Assembly (NCBI GenBank): GCA_030390025.1
Contig: CM059432.1
Span: 22,074,001 to 22,138,000 of the forward strand
Direction: 5' to 3'
Source of the DNA: Squalus acanthias
Taxonomy: Eukaryota
Length of the DNA stretch: 64,000 nucleotides
In this document: positions 1 to 13,731 of the stretch, in pieces
Numbering within the stretch: the first letter of the stretch is position 1
Layout: every line of letters begins with the position of its first letter
The notes under the pieces: model-generated
Databases searched by the model: none
What the model saw: only the letters and a program-made list of their open reading frames with translations
Told to the model about the DNA's origin: nothing
Position numbers and translations under genes: made by a program

Positions 1-571
1 TTTTCCGGATGGATACTGGGGAAGTACTGGCAACAAAACAAAATCTGCTCAATTTCCTTTCCTCTTTAAAATCTGCTGCTTGTGACAATATCATAAATCC
101 ACTTGCTCACATGACAGATTCCATGCATTGTGATTTGTCAGTTGTCATTTTACAGCACAACCTCCAGTGATGTGAGTTGCAATTCTCCATTGTTGCATAA
201 TGTATGTAGTAAAATCCAGCATCTAGTAGATCCGTCACAGCTTAAAGTGTCACACTTGACAGTGACAAATGTGCAACATGCATATTACACTTACACCTGA
301 TGGACACAGAAGTCCTATTTATAAAACAGCATTAAATCAAAAGTTAACTGCGAAGGACTCTACCAATTAAATAAGATCAATTATTTTCTAGTCAGTTAAA
401 ATTCATGGCCTTAAAGGGATAGGTCAGCTTAAACACAGGTCCCCCTTAGCAGCAGACAGTTTTCCTCAAGGCAGTGCCTTTACACACAATAGGAAAAGTC
501 TTTTAAGATGTAACCATTCCCCTCCACATTAGATGCCAAATGGTATAACACGCCTGTTATTATAAAGCAGA

Positions 572-2225
572 GGCCCAGATTTTGCTGGGGCCAGGCATCT
601 CGCAGCATGCCCTATTAGTTAGAGTTATTCGTTCACGTTTAGGTTTTATCATTATTTGCCCCCAAAGTTGCTGGAAGTGCGAGCTGATAACGGCGCGGCG
701 AGGGCAACAGGGCATCTGGGGCTGTCGTGAACAACAGGACCAACAGTGTATCTCCTTAACCAATTAGATTAACGAATTGAGAAAAAAATAGAGGAAGGAC
801 TGAGAAGGAGGGTGAATTAGAGTGGGTGAATTCACTGTCAACTCAGGTACAGAAAGACAAATAAAGAGAGGAAAACAAAGATTGGATTAAGGGAGAAAGA
901 AAAAAGAGACAGAAAGGAAAAGTAAGAAAAAAATTAAAAATTAAATATCTGACATTTTTAAAATCTCCAACAACAATTCACAACCTGAAGAAATGAGGGT
1001 CTATGGCTGCGATTTTGTGATCGGTGCCGGGATGGGTGCGGGACAGCTGGTTTCTGGGTTCCGGTCCCACCCCCAGCCACCTCCGCTCCACAGACATGAT
1101 TTTCCCTTGATTGACCTTGTTAAGCTTGCCCTGCGGGCTTAACGGCCAATTAACAGGAAGCAGGTCTGATGACCTAATTTGATGATGCGTCATCTGCCGG
1201 TTTCCTTAAAGGGACCACACACAATTTTATTTTGACAGTTGATTTCTCAGTGTTTAACAGCATTGAGGTGCTGAAAACACTGACAATCACTGCACAAAGG
1301 TGAACTCTTTCACACAGGCTCGCCAATGACTCCCTCCATATGCTGGAATAGATGGCAGCTGCAGGTGAGGTGACAGAAGCGATCTGTCACTGGTGATAGA
1401 GGTTCTCCCAATGAGGTGACACTGGACGTATAGTTGGATCTAAAAACTTGTAAGCTAAAGAAATCTGAAAATGTTTTAAAAATGCAGTAACCAACATTTT
1501 CTTTGCTCTGAAACTCACCATGTGCAACATTGGATCCTTCACACCACTTCTGCAGCTGTCATCTTTCCACAAACATTACACCAGACTCACAACATGCCAC
1601 ACTTACCTGGCGTGGAGTCCGGACGTTGGGAAACCCGACCCAGAAGCAGGAAAATCCCAAAACAGGCTGAAAACTACTGACAAGTACCTGGTAATAGGCA
1701 GGTAATTGCCTTTAATCTGTTTCCCGCTGCTAGGTGTCGGATCCATTTGCAAATCGGGGACCCGACACTTGGGAAAGCTGTTTGGAGGCGGGTTGACGGC
1801 GGGTTCGGGACTCGCTGTCAATCAATAGCACTTTAACCTCTGACATGCCTCTCTGAGCGCTGGCAAAATCGCGGCCTATGCTTTTAATTGTTCACTTTCT
1901 GGGCCAGAGAGGTTGATTGGCAGTCATTAACAATTATCACATCGTTAAAAGGGTACTTACGCTATTAATTACCAGACTTAACTTTCTGAGGCAAGTTTAA
2001 TGGGCAATTAATGTGCAACTGCAGCAACTTCATAAAAATCACTTAAAGAGGTTAAAGACGAGATGTTGTTTTCGCGAAGCTAATGGCGGAGCGGTGAAAA
2101 TCGTCCAGCAACTTGTGGCGATTCACAATTCATGGGGTAACTCTTCCTCACCACAAGTTGCTGGCTGATTTACAGATTAACAATGGCGTCCAGATGCTGT
2201 TATTTTTTTCAGCAAATTCTGGACC
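572..2225. mobile_element. Non-autonomous PIF/Harbinger-type MITE, interrupted by a second MITE
   Basis: Left end GGCCCAGATTTTGCTG at 572; right end CAGCAAATTCTGGACC ending at 2225 (16-bp TIR, 2 mismatches). Flanks AGA/AGT match at 2 of 3 bases. Confidence 0.65.
1005..1876 (+). mobile_element. Harbinger internal-deletion derivative nested inside the 572-2225 MITE
   Basis: 13-bp TIR GGCTGCGATTTTG / CAAAATCGCGGCC with a perfect TAT TSD (1002-1004, 1877-1879). The segment near 1310-1370 resembles the start of the Myb exon at 14455-14510. Confidence 0.8.
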
Positions 2226-2982
2226 AGTGTTTCATCTGAGTTATTATACGACAAATACAATGTTGATCTGCTACTACTAAAACATTGGTGGTTGGCTGAA
2301 TTTGCGTGTAGTATCTCCCACTCGCCCAGCATAATTTTGGCATATGAGCCATCGAACCTCCAGAAAAGCGGCGAGTAACACCATTTTTACGGGTTTCCAT
2401 GGCTCTTCTGCTGAGGATACGATGGATTAGTGGGACAACACCGGTGGAAATTTACTCCCCCACTCCCAGTGTGCTTTGAGTGTCACTGAATGAACTGATT
2501 AGTCCATACAAAAAGAAACAATGACAAAGAGAATTGACTTCGCTCATTTTGCTGAGGGAGATTATATGAAGTATAACTTCATATAACACGAATGAAACTA
2601 TCAGAATATGATTGCATCGATTTGATTTTCTCAAGTCTTGAAAGATTCCCATTCCTGATCAGGCCCAATTTTAACCCTGCCCGCCTGACGGTGGCTGGTT
2701 AAAATAGCGGCCTCATGATTAATGCTGCCTTCTGGACGCTCTCCTGCTTGCCGCCATTTTAGAGGCAGCTGAGCTGCCCACCACAGGCAGGCAGGGGCTT
2801 CATGATTATATTTAAATGTAGGTCCTATGATGCAATTAGGATTTCAATGTCATTTTTACCCAGTGCCACTGCTGCCAGTAATACCTGACAGGATTCAGAG
2901 CCACTGAAACAGGTACAAATTATTTGGACTGTTCTCCAAGAGAATTAATAGAGAATAATGTTGATTATTAATGATCAAAAGA

Positions 2983-3591
2983 GCAGGTCAGAGGCTAGGT
3001 ATTCTATGGCGAGTGTCTCACCTCCTGACTCCCCAAAGCCTTTCCAACATCTACAAAGCACAAGTAAGGAGTGTGATGGAATACTCTCCACTTGCCTGGA
3101 TGAGTGCAGCTGCAACAACACTCAAGAACCTCGACACCAACGAGGACAAAGCAGCCCGTTTGATTGGCACCCCATCCACCACCTTAAACATTCACTCCCT
3201 CCACCACTGGCGACCGTGGCTGCAGTGTGTACCATCTACAAGATGCACTGCAGCAACTCGCCAAGGCTTCTTCGGCAGCACCTCCCAAACCCGCGACCTC
3301 TTCCACCTAGAAAGACAAGGGCAGCAGGCGCATGGGAACATCACCACCTCCAAGTTCCCCTCCAAGTCACACACCATCCTGACTTGGAAATATATCACCG
3401 ATCCTTCATCGTCGCTGGGTCAAAATCTTGGAACTCCCTCCCTAACAGCACTGTGGGAGTACCTTCACCACACGGACTGCAGCGGTTCAAGAAGGCAGCT
3501 CAGCACCACCTTCTCAAGGGCAATTAGGGATGGACAATAAATGCTGGCCTTGCCAGCGACACCCAGATCCCATAAGTGAATAAAAAAAAAA
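2983..3591 (+). mobile_element. 3' fragment of a CR1-superfamily LINE, same family as 42436-45292
   Basis: Translation ...HCSNSPRLLRQHLPNPRPLPP...GLQRFKKAAQHHLLKGN* matches 44680-45226; shared 3' UTR and A-rich tail. Confidence 0.9.
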
Positions 3592-5199
3592 TAGTAGTAC
3601 TGTTCTCCAAGAACAATACAGTGGGAGAATTAATAGAGAATAATGTTGATTATTAATGATCAAAAGAACTGCTCTAAACCGTAGAGAGAATTGTTAGGGC
3701 CAAATTTAACCCTCCATGCCTGAGGAGAATGGGGCATGTGGGGAATTAAAATAGAGGGAGCATCCTGCCCTTCGGCTTGGTACGGCACTCTCGGCGCAAT
3801 TTTAACTCCTGGGTTTTGCGAGGCATGTAAGGCTCTAGCCACAGACAGGCGAGGGATTCATATAATTCAAAAGTTGGGGTCCGATGACATGAATCATACC
3901 CCAACTACATTGTAACACACAGTTGCACGTTCGGCACCCAGTGCCAGCCTCGCCAGGGAAGCCTGGTGCCACGCGGACGGCAGGCAAGGTAAGAGGGTCG
4001 ATAAGGTAAGATGCTTCAAATGCTTTAAGTCTCCTTGTGAACCAGGAGGAGCAGGAATGCTCCTCCGGGCCCCACATGGAAACCTTGGGCATCTTTTGCC
4101 CTGGGCTTGCTTCCCTTCTCCCCCGATCGCAATTTCAGTCGGACTCCCCCCAACGCACTTATCTGACTGCTGGGTCCCCAGCGCTGGCCTGCAGCTGTGA
4201 GATTTCCCGCTCACAGCCAATGGTCTCCATGTCAACCATGTCAGGTTCAGGCACGAGCCTATACAAGGGTATTGCAATGAAGCTCGGGGGTTAAAATGGC
4301 CCGGGCCTCATTCTGGTGAGTCGGGGCGAGCTTGGTTTGCATTCAGCAATAGGATGCTATGAATTGATCCACTGAGCTTTTCTGCACCAAATATATTTAA
4401 TCTATGGTAAAAGCAAGAGGTTTTTCAAAACCTATTCAGGGAATCATAACAGCTACACTTCATAATTTGATGAAAAACCTACTCTACACTTAACACACAA
4501 GGTCACGACACTTTGGTTTACTTTATGCATATAAAATTGGGTCTACTGAGCTGCAGATTTGTTCAGTGCTATGAATTTCTCATTATAACAAACTTGTCTT
4601 TTTCCAGGTTTTTACTAAATTTTCATTATAATATACTGGCACTAATATAGCACATCTCACGTTGAAACGTCACGAAGCATTTTTACACAACAAATTACTC
4701 TTCAAGTAAGATGACTATTGTTATGTAAGAATTCCTTCTGTCACTATGGTTACCGACATTGTAAATGCTTTCGTGAAGATTTCCTCTGTTAGGTATTTCT
4801 AATAAAATCTTTCATGTTTACAAGGTTAATATAGATAAGGATCAAAGGAATCCTTAAACCGTAACTAGTAACAGAGCTGAAATTTGAATAAGATGAACCC
4901 ATCAATGAGAAATCCCGTTCTGGTCCCCACATGTTTAAAATAATGAATTGTGGCTGCTTGTATCTCAACATCAATATCAGCTGCTCTTCAACAATTGTGG
5001 AAACTGTTTTTTTTAAAACCAGCCAGTCCACAGGAGCAAGTTATTGCCCCAGGATATCCCTTTCAAGTGAATGTTAATGTGGTATTTGTTAACCAGTTGC
5101 AAGCTTATGCAATATTCTCTCCATATTAACCTTCCAAAAAATGCTGGAAGAGTTTCACTAGTTTTAATGCTAAACATCCATTTCATCCAATTGTATAGC

Positions 5200-5860
5200 A
5201 TTCTCTGTGACTGTGATGCATTATCCCTCTGTGTCGTTCAACACAGTCAATCACACAATCCTGGTCCAACATCTCACCTCTGTTGTCCAGCTCTGCGAGC
5301 GTCTCCTTGCTTGGTTCCACTCTTACCTATTCAATCATAGCCAGAGCATCTCTAGCAATAACTTCTCCTCCCACCCCCACACTGTCACCTCTGGAATCCC
5401 CCAGGGATCCACCTTTGGCGTCCACTTCTTCATCTACAATTAGAGCTTTCAAGACTGAGATAAAGGGACTAAGGGATATGGGGAGAAAGCAGAGACAGGG
5501 TACTGAATTTGGATGATCAGCCATGATCGCATTGAATGGCGGCGCAGGCTCGAGGGGCCGAATGGCCTACTCCTGCTCCTATCTTCTATGTTTCTATGTT
5601 TCTATAGATAGATTTTTGTTAAGTATCAAAGGAAATGGAGCCAAGGCGGGTAAATGGAGTTAAGGTACAGATGAACCATAATCTAACTAAAATGCACAGT
5701 AGGCCCAAGGGGCTTTGGCAACATCATCTGAAACCATGAAATCAACTTCCACATATATGCCGATTATGCCCAGCTCTACATCTCCACCCCTTCACTGCCC
5801 CAGCGCTTTCTTGGATGAGCCGCAACTTCCTCCAGCTAAACATTGGGAAGACTGAAGCTC
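5200..5860 (+). mobile_element. Degenerate L2-like LINE fragment with two nested CR1 3' ends
   Basis: RT-like peptide LLAWFHSYLFNHSQ...VTSGIPQGS at 5300-5420. A young CR1 3' end at 5463-5605 has a TTCTATGT tail and AGATA TSD and sits inside an older CR1 end. Confidence 0.65.
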
Positions 5861-6231
5861 TTGGCCTAGAAATTGAATTGCACTCGAATTGGGTGAGACC
5901 CCGGTGATGAGCACACGTCTAAGGAGGCAAAGCCACTGGGAAATTGGTCTTCCGGCCTCAATCGTTTATTACCGTTGAGTTGCAAGTGATGGTCGCAACT
6001 GCAGAGGCAGTTCGTCAATCTCGGGATGCACCGATAACCGCCGACTTGGACACCGGCCTAGATCACAGCGAGTCGAGGGCAGTGGCCAGCAGCAGCCAAT
6101 GAATGTAACGTGGAGCTGGGAGGAGCACTTAAAAAAATTTTTAAAGTACCTTACCGACGGCAGCCTCCAGTGGTCCCTTTAACTACAACTGGTTTGGTTG
6201 CCAAGTGTCTGAGAATAATGAGCGCAGCATG

Positions 6232-6571
6232 AATGGCAGCCAATTTACACACAGCAGAGTCCCACAAATAGCAATGAGATAATGATCAGATAATCTGTTT
6301 TAGTGATGCTGGTTGAGGGATATCTATTGGCCAGGACACCGGGGAAAACTCCCCTGCTCTTCTTCAAAATAGTGTCAAGGGATCTTTTGTCCACCTCAGA
6401 GGACAGATGGTGCCTCGGTTTAATATCTAATCCCAAAAAACGGCACCTCTGTCAGTTCACCACTCCCTAAGTACTGCACTGAAGTGTCAGCCTAAATTTT
6501 GTGCTTTAGTCTCTAGCGTGGAACAAGAATCTTTTGACTCAGCCTGCTACCACTGAGTCACAGCTGACACC
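6232..6571 (-). mobile_element. DeuSINE (SacSINE1/AmnSINE-like), tRNA-derived
   Basis: Reverse complement of the head and Deu-domain sequence seen at 35518-36010. Confidence 0.8.
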
Positions 6572-6639
6572 ACTGGTCACCACACCCAACTACATGTTTC
6601 ACGAGCCATAAAGGTTATAGTTATGAAGAGAAACTTCAG

Positions 6640-7040
6640 ACATTGAGGCTTTTTTCACTATAGCTGAGTTTAAAGGTGACCAGATAGTGGTCTGCAAGAT
6701 TACAAAGGCTTATAATAAGGAAAATAGTGATAGATTGCTTTCACTTGTCAGTGAGATAGTAACAAGAGAGGAAAAATTTAAGACAGTCATAAAAAGCACT
6801 AATGGGGAAGTTAGAAAAAGAAACTTTACACAGAAGGTGGTTCGAATATGGAATTATTTGCCACAAATCTTCGAAGCAGAATTCATGAATTATTTAAAAG
6901 GGAATTAGATAATTGTTAGAAAAATAAGAATTAAAGGATTAGGGGGCGAGCAGAAGTAGAGCAGATGTCTTGTGGAGATAAACATGGGCAAAGTCTTGAT
7001 AAGCCAAATAGCCTGTTTCTGTGCTGTTACATCTATGATT
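6640..7040 (+). mobile_element. Old CR1 LINE 3' fragment
   Basis: Peptide RKRNFTQKVVRIWNYLPQ matches the CR1 C-terminal motif [17 protein letters not shown]. Confidence 0.75.
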
Positions 7041-7249
7041 CTCCTCCCAGGGCCTTCAATGCCTTCCCTAACTAAATGTGCTTCTTTCTGCCTTCACTCA
7101 CTCTCAACCTTGCATTCACTTCCAAAGCTATAAATAGGTGTTAATGCCATCTCTGACCACTCCTTAATCTCTTTTAAAACTTACAGCCCTCTGCCCACTT
7201 CCAACCTGCCAATTCTTCTTCAGCCTCTGAAAAAAACCAGCTGTAAGGT

Positions 7250-7760
7250 GTCTTCTGTCCAACAACATCGGCACCTTGGTTGAACCTCTGTGTAACAGCA
7301 TTGCCACATTTGTAATGGCCCAGTAGTCATCCACATCTACATTCCCTTTGGTAAAATAGGCATCTCTATAGTCTCCAGCCCAGACTCCAAAGTGCTGAAG
7401 ACCTGCATACCAGAACCAGAACAACACTATGTCTGTAGTATGTAATGTCCACAAGAATCCACTGCAGTAATTCACCAAGTTTACTTAGATACCACCTCCA
7501 TGACCTGTGACCTCTACCACCAAGAAGGTCACTTCCAAATTCCCTTTCAAGTTAGATACCATCCTGACTTGGACTATTCCTTCATCATCGCCGGATCAAA
7601 CACCTGGAATTCTCTACCTAACACCATTGCGGAAGTTCTGTTAGCATATGGGCCTCAGTGGATGAAGGGCGAAGCTCAACACCATCCTTTCAGGTGTATG
7701 GAGATGGGCAATAAATAGTCCTTGCCAACATCGACCCCATCCCGAGAACAAATAAAAAAA
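7250..7760 (+). mobile_element. Degenerate 3' fragment of the 42436-45292 LINE family
   Basis: Peptide SFIIAGSNTWNSLPNT; 3' end GATGGGCAATAAAT...CCATCCC with A-rich tail. Confidence 0.7.
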
Positions 7761-8335
7761 GTGCATGTGGTGTTCCAGCAGTTCTTTACCACCACATCTG
7801 GCCTGACTACCTCTCCCACTCTGCAGCCGAACCCTAAACTTCAAGGTGATCTATAACTTAGACTGCCTCCTTAGACCTTCTTGCCTGTGCTCTCCATCCC
7901 CTTTCTTGATACTATTGATTTCTTTCTAAAATAAAAGCCACTGGCTTAACTTAGCTACAGCCGTCTTCTCAGCACTTTCCTTTCCCCGGCCTCTCCTCAT
8001 CCTCTCTGCCTCTATTGACACTGACCATTTCCTTCTGCTGTGAAGTCTAACCCCATGACCTCACTCTTTTGTGTATCCACTCCTACCTGTCTCAATGCAG
8101 GCACTATGAAGGTGATTCCACCACCAGCACTCCCAGCAGAAAAGACATGCTAATAGGGAGGGCAAGTTGTAGAAAATGCTTCAACATTGGAGCCTCAATT
8201 CTCCACATACGTTGCCTCCAAGCATGTCATGCCAAATGATAACACAGCAGGGGGAATTACCCTTATATCTCCTCAAATAATATCTCGTTCCATGCTGACA
8301 GTCATCTCTGATGTGACTCAAGGCATCAAGATCAA

Positions 8336-8642
8336 GTTCAGTGCAATACTAAGGGAGCGCTGCACTGTCGGAGGTCCTGTCTTTCTGATGAGACTTTAAA
8401 CCGAGGCCCCACTTGTCCCCTCAGGTGAATGTAGAAGATGCCATGATACTATTCGAAGAAGAGCAGGAGATTTCTCCCAGGTGTCCTGGCCAACATTTAT
8501 CCCTCAACCAACATTACTAAAACAGATTATCTGATCATTTATCTCGTTGCTGTTTGTGGGACCTTGCTGTGTGCAAATTGGCTGTCCTGTTGCCTACATT
8601 ACAACAGTGACTACACTTCAAAAGTACTTCATTGGCTGTAAA
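8336..8642 (+). mobile_element. DeuSINE, 5'-truncated
   Basis: Contains TAAACCGAGGCCC...GAAGAAGAGCAGG...GTCCTGGCCAACATTTATCCCTCAACC...CTACACTTCAAAAGTAC. Confidence 0.85.
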
Positions 8643-9450
8643 TTATTATGCAACTGGTGGTTCCTTCCTGTATTCCTTCAAAACACGATCTGAGAATCAG
8701 AACAGGGGCAAACTCAGAAGCGATCGCGCTAACGGATCTCCACCCAATCTTCTTAAAGCATGCTTTGAATTGGAAAATATCTCCTTTCAGTCTGAAAGCA
8801 ACACAAAGGGGTAAGAATTGGTTATGACCTGTGTTCTGGTACATAGCCGACAACGCGTACAGAGCTCCTGCCCCATCCGGCAGGTCCGGTGCTCGCCCGA
8901 AACTGGGCCTCGGGCCTCCTTTGGGCGAGCTGCCAGCACCTGTCATGCCTCACCTGCAGCGACCCTCAGGTAAGGTGTGGGAGCAGGGGCGTAGTGATGG
9001 CTGGAATGACAGGGGCCGATCGCAGGCCAGCGGTGAGCCTCAAGAGCGTTGTGAAGCCGGAATGAGCAATACTGCTCTTCCTGGTTCCACGTCAAGATTT
9101 ACAAACAAATTTCACTTACCCTTTGTTGCCAGCCGCTTGCTGGGCCGCATCCATGCCAAGAAAACTTGAGCCATGCACGCCCGGCGCCTGCTCTGCTCAG
9201 GGCAACCCCATTTTCCAGAGGGGTCCTAAAACAGGCATTCGAACCCTCATTGATATACACAAGGAGCCTAACACCTGTTTTAGAGCCTTAAAAATCGCCC
9301 GATATAGGGTTGGACCAATTTCTGGTACTTGTGGAGCATGGGGGACAGCAGAGGGAAAATGGTGCTTTTATCCGCATAATATGTCTGAAAAACAGGCACA
9401 GTCTGGTCTACTTTCTTCCCAAAACCATGCAGTTCACTTTGGACATGATA

Positions 9451-9700
9451 TCACTTTAAATTGAATACATTGTAATGGCTGCCTGGAAAGTGAGCATTGA
9501 CTTGCATGATCTGATGGTTACAAATGTCCTGAACTTTGAGAGAATGGAATCCTTTTAGATTTATATAAGTTATGGTTCTGTACAATAAAGCACACTGATG
9601 CAATCCATGACCTCCTGGACCTTTGCGATCCCGCCAATCAGCTAAATTGCACAGTCCTGTCATGCTGTTGCTGGTTGCTGATGAAGAGATGTAATTGCTT
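9451..9700 (-). pseudogene. Ancient Harbinger transposase relic
   Basis: Peptide [35 protein letters not shown] aligns with [37 protein letters not shown] at about 28.3 kb. Confidence 0.8.
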
Positions 9701-10491
9701 GCTCAAGCAAACAAGACATCCCTCAATTGCTTTATACCTTTACGTACTGTGGATTGATTAATGTGGATGAACGGACCTTGGATTGATCTGAAGGCAGAGA
9801 AGGTAAGGGTATTTTGACCTTCACAACCACTGGCAGTACTGTGCCTGTGGATGAGTTTTGCTGCAAGTCACTGAGGTCAGGAAAGAAATAGCAGTGGCTC
9901 AACGGTTACCATAAAGCCACCTGAATATCTAAGTGACAACAAGAAGAAACCCCCAAAAGAGCAAGAGATAAAGTTAACTAATGGGGCTCTTTAAAAGCAT
10001 TTCTGTCAGCAGCTCAGGCTTATCAATGCTGGACATCCATTTTATGTGAGCAGGTTGATGAACCTTCGCTATCCTATGGAATGCTTGTAAATGTGTGAAA
10101 GCCATTAATACATTATTAGAGATGAATTTACATATGAAAACTAAAAACCGTATGCGTCACCAGTGTAAAAAGAAAATAACAGTAGAACTCTAAAAGGTTG
10201 GGAATGAGTGGAGAAGTAATACCCCAATGTCCAGTTGGTTTTGCTGAATTCATTGACTGGAAAATCTAGGCTACAGCCAGGAATCAGGGAAAAAAGGTTC
10301 ATCTGAACTGTCTTACCTTTTGGTATAGCCAACATCACTTCTACCTAGTGATTACTCTGTCTAGATAATCTACAGCAAGAAATTCCTCAAATTGTATTCC
10401 CATATTGTGCTTGCAACCTCACATAACTAACAAGAAAATATCTGCAAACAACAGGAACTATTAAAAGGTGATAAATAGTAATTGTAATCAT

Positions 10492-10806
10492 TTTGGATGA
10501 GACTTTAAACCGAGGCCCTGTCTGCCCTCTCAGGTGGATGTAAAAGATCCCATGGCACTATTGGAAGAAGTGCAGGGGAATTCTCCCCGATGTCCTGGCC
10601 AACATTTACCCTCAACCAACATCACTAAAGCCGATTATCCAGTCAGTTATCTCATTGCTGTTTGCGGGACCTTGCTGTGCACAAATTGGCTACTGTGTTT
10701 GCCTACATTACAACAGTGACTACATTTCAAAAGTACTTCTTTGGCTGTGAAACACGTTGGGACGTCCTGAGGTTGTGAAGGTGCTATAGAAATGCAAATC
10801 TTTCTT
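10492..10806 (+). mobile_element. DeuSINE, 5'-truncated
   Basis: Deu domain plus L2-like tail GGTGCTATAGAAATGCAA. Confidence 0.85.
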
Positions 10807-13615
10807 CCATAAAACAACTTCTACTGAGATAACAGTGATACATGAGTACTCCGACCATTAGTGTAAACACACAGTGCCATCTGTCACAAACAACATCGCT
10901 TCAGTTAAACTTTGTACAAGATGTACATTGCCGTTTCAACAATATAAGAATAATATGGACATCGATGCCAACTAAAGTAGTAAGGAAACAATGCTAAAAT
11001 GGTAGTGTAGATGTCAGTTGAAATAATTGAAGACAGCACCAAAACAGTCTAAGTCTCAACATTGCTTGAAGAATGGTTTAAAATAGTCAAAACAAATCTG
11101 AACTGAATATTGATGCCCAGATTCCATCTCTAGGTCTAGCTACATAAGCATAAGTTTCTGTAACCCATATACCTTGTAAACTTGTTTCAGAGATCTTAAG
11201 AACGCTGTCCCAAGAGGCCCTTAAATACATTTAGTACTTCAAACCACATAAGTACACAATGCATTTCAACACTGTGAGCTTGAAATCCTTCTTTATTTCT
11301 TCATAGGCCCATCACCACTAGCTTTGAATTTTAGCATTGAATGAGTTCCAGCCACATGATAGCTTCTTCGAGAATAAAGGAAGAAAAATCAATGAGTACC
11401 AAGCATTATTTTCTTGTTAGTACAGGTGTGGGCTTGTGTACAAATCCAATTTCAATCTGATCTGAATGCTTCTCTACACTGAGAAGATAATATTAGGTTT
11501 GATAGGTATTCTGAAGCTTTGATCGATTTAACTTCAAGAAAGATTTGCAGGAAACAACTTTACAAAACCTTTTCTCCGGAGATTAATTGGAAGGGATAAA
11601 ATTGTTAATGGAGTAAGTTGTATATGACCTGTGAAAGGAATTGGTTTGATGAGCTGAATGGCCTCCTCTCGTTCCATATTTTCTAACACAGAATTCTTGG
11701 AAACACTTTATTTTCCCATCAGTATTCTTTGTGGGGAATCTTTAGTAACAGAAATTATTGGGACATAGTTAGGCCCACATGTCATGGCAAAGCTATGATA
11801 AGGAGAAACAGGAAATCCTCTAGCTGTGCCAGCTTGTTTCATGCCTGCCAATTTCAAACTAATATTGATAATGGTGATGAAGCTTACACCCGAAGCTGTT
11901 TCATCCTTGATGTTTTAAAGAGCATGGTGACAAGTCACTTCCAAGAGGTGTAAGCTGCAGAGAAAAAAAACTTAATAGAAAGACAAATGTTCAGCACAAA
12001 AGCTATGATAATCCAATCATATAAATATTAGTCAATCGTCTATGGCATTGCACACGAGTCAAAACCAAGTGTACTCTTCAGGTGAAGTGGAGTTAGAGAG
12101 CAAGAGATTCTTGGACCAAGATGTCAAGACATAATTCAGTCCCCATTTTAAACTCATACATTATCTCCTTATTTTTTACATAATACTTTGATTTTATATT
12201 ATTATTTATTGTTAAATTTAAGACGCAGAGATGTAGAGTTGATTGAAGCATAGGCTTTTTCCTATAGTTCACGGTGAGCAGCCGGGAGACTCAAAACTGA
12301 AGTGGTAATAGTGGTACCACTGGTGGGAGGGTATAATTACAGTGTGACAAGTTTACATATGCAGTTTCCATTCTAAAAGTCGACAGAGGAACTTATGATG
12401 GAAAAAGGTCACAAAAACATGTGACAAAAATGTGGCAACAGGTGGTAAAGTTTTTTAAAGAGGTGGTATGTCTGGACAAAATATTTTAAAAATATATTTG
12501 TATAAATGCTTCAAAATAATTTGAAGGTTAGTCGGTTAGAATAGCTGTAATTCATTTAGGTAGGATTTTGAAAAGTTTGTGTCTTAATTATACCTGAAAG
12601 AAGAAATGACTAGTTTAATAAATATGCTAACTGTTCATAAAATTTAGACGGTGAAGTTATGCAAGATAGTTAAGGAAAATATGCCGACGCTATCAGCATA
12701 TGATGGAATGAGACATTTTAAATTGGCAATGTTCAAACCTTCACACTATAGGAGAGTGTTTTAACAGAATCTTTCAAAACAAAGTTGTGAGGATGAGATA
12801 TTTTAATTTGGCTAAAATTGGAAGTTGTTAATTAACTGCGATGAGGGCTTAACCCTCCAAGACCAGTCAAACGAGCAAAAAAACTTTCATTCACTTAGCT
12901 CCGTGACAGATTCATAGGAGAATAACCTCAGCAAAGTAGGTCACTGGCGTGGGCCATATTTCGGAGATTTCATAATATCTCAAAGTGTTGATTAGTTCCT
13001 CTCAACCAGAAAATGATTTGATTAAAAAAAAAAAAATCCTGATTTGCATTTTTGCTATGTGGCATTTAAAGCTGGATAATTATCTCGGCTCTCAAAACTT
13101 GTTTAAGTAGCTGTGATAGTAACTGTGCAGTGACTAACTGATAGAATTTTGCCACAGATCAGACACATCAAAATTCAAGCACCACAGAGATTATATTTAC
13201 AATCATATCCAGAGAGGCCGCAAAACGGCTGTAGTAGGAAACGGGGAAAAAAATCACACTGGTGCAATAGGCGGACACTCTCCTGAGATAGGGGTTGAGA
13301 CACATTGCTGGGGTAGGATAGACTGAGCGTTACCCTGCCCTCAAGGATGTCCAAGCTTTTGTCTTTGTGCGGTGCATTGTTATGCGCCATGAGGCCTTGG
13401 GGGCCATAATTGAATTGTAAGTTCTATGTTCCCATTAATTTTCATACATCCCCTGTTGCTGACATTAGCAGGGCTTTGTGTTTTGACAGACTAATGTGTA
13501 GGGCCTGAACTTAGAAGAAGCAAGGTCAAGTGTGCATGAGATAGAAATTTGAGAGTATTCTACAGGACAGAAGGAAGGTCCAAGCAGCTCAAGGTTGCTG
13601 CAGGACTAATACGAT

Positions 13616-13731
13616 AGCAAAATACTGCGGATGCTGGAAATCCGAAATAACAACAGAAAACGCTGGAAAAACTCAGCAGGCCAGGCAGCATCCGTGGAGA
13701 GAGAAAGAGAGTTAACGTTTCAGGTCGATGA
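13616..13731. mobile_element. Penelope-like terminal repeat fragment
   Basis: Same sequence family as 54160-54364; ends inside the hammerhead motif (GTTAACGTTTCAGGTCGATGA). Confidence 0.65.

Noticed and set aside
3697..4302. Additional MITEs (also ~5862-6180, ~8830-9330, ~40148-40414, ~49083-49870)
   Set aside because: They are GC-rich with TIR-like ends and are probably old Harbinger MITEs, but boundaries and TSDs could not be confirmed.
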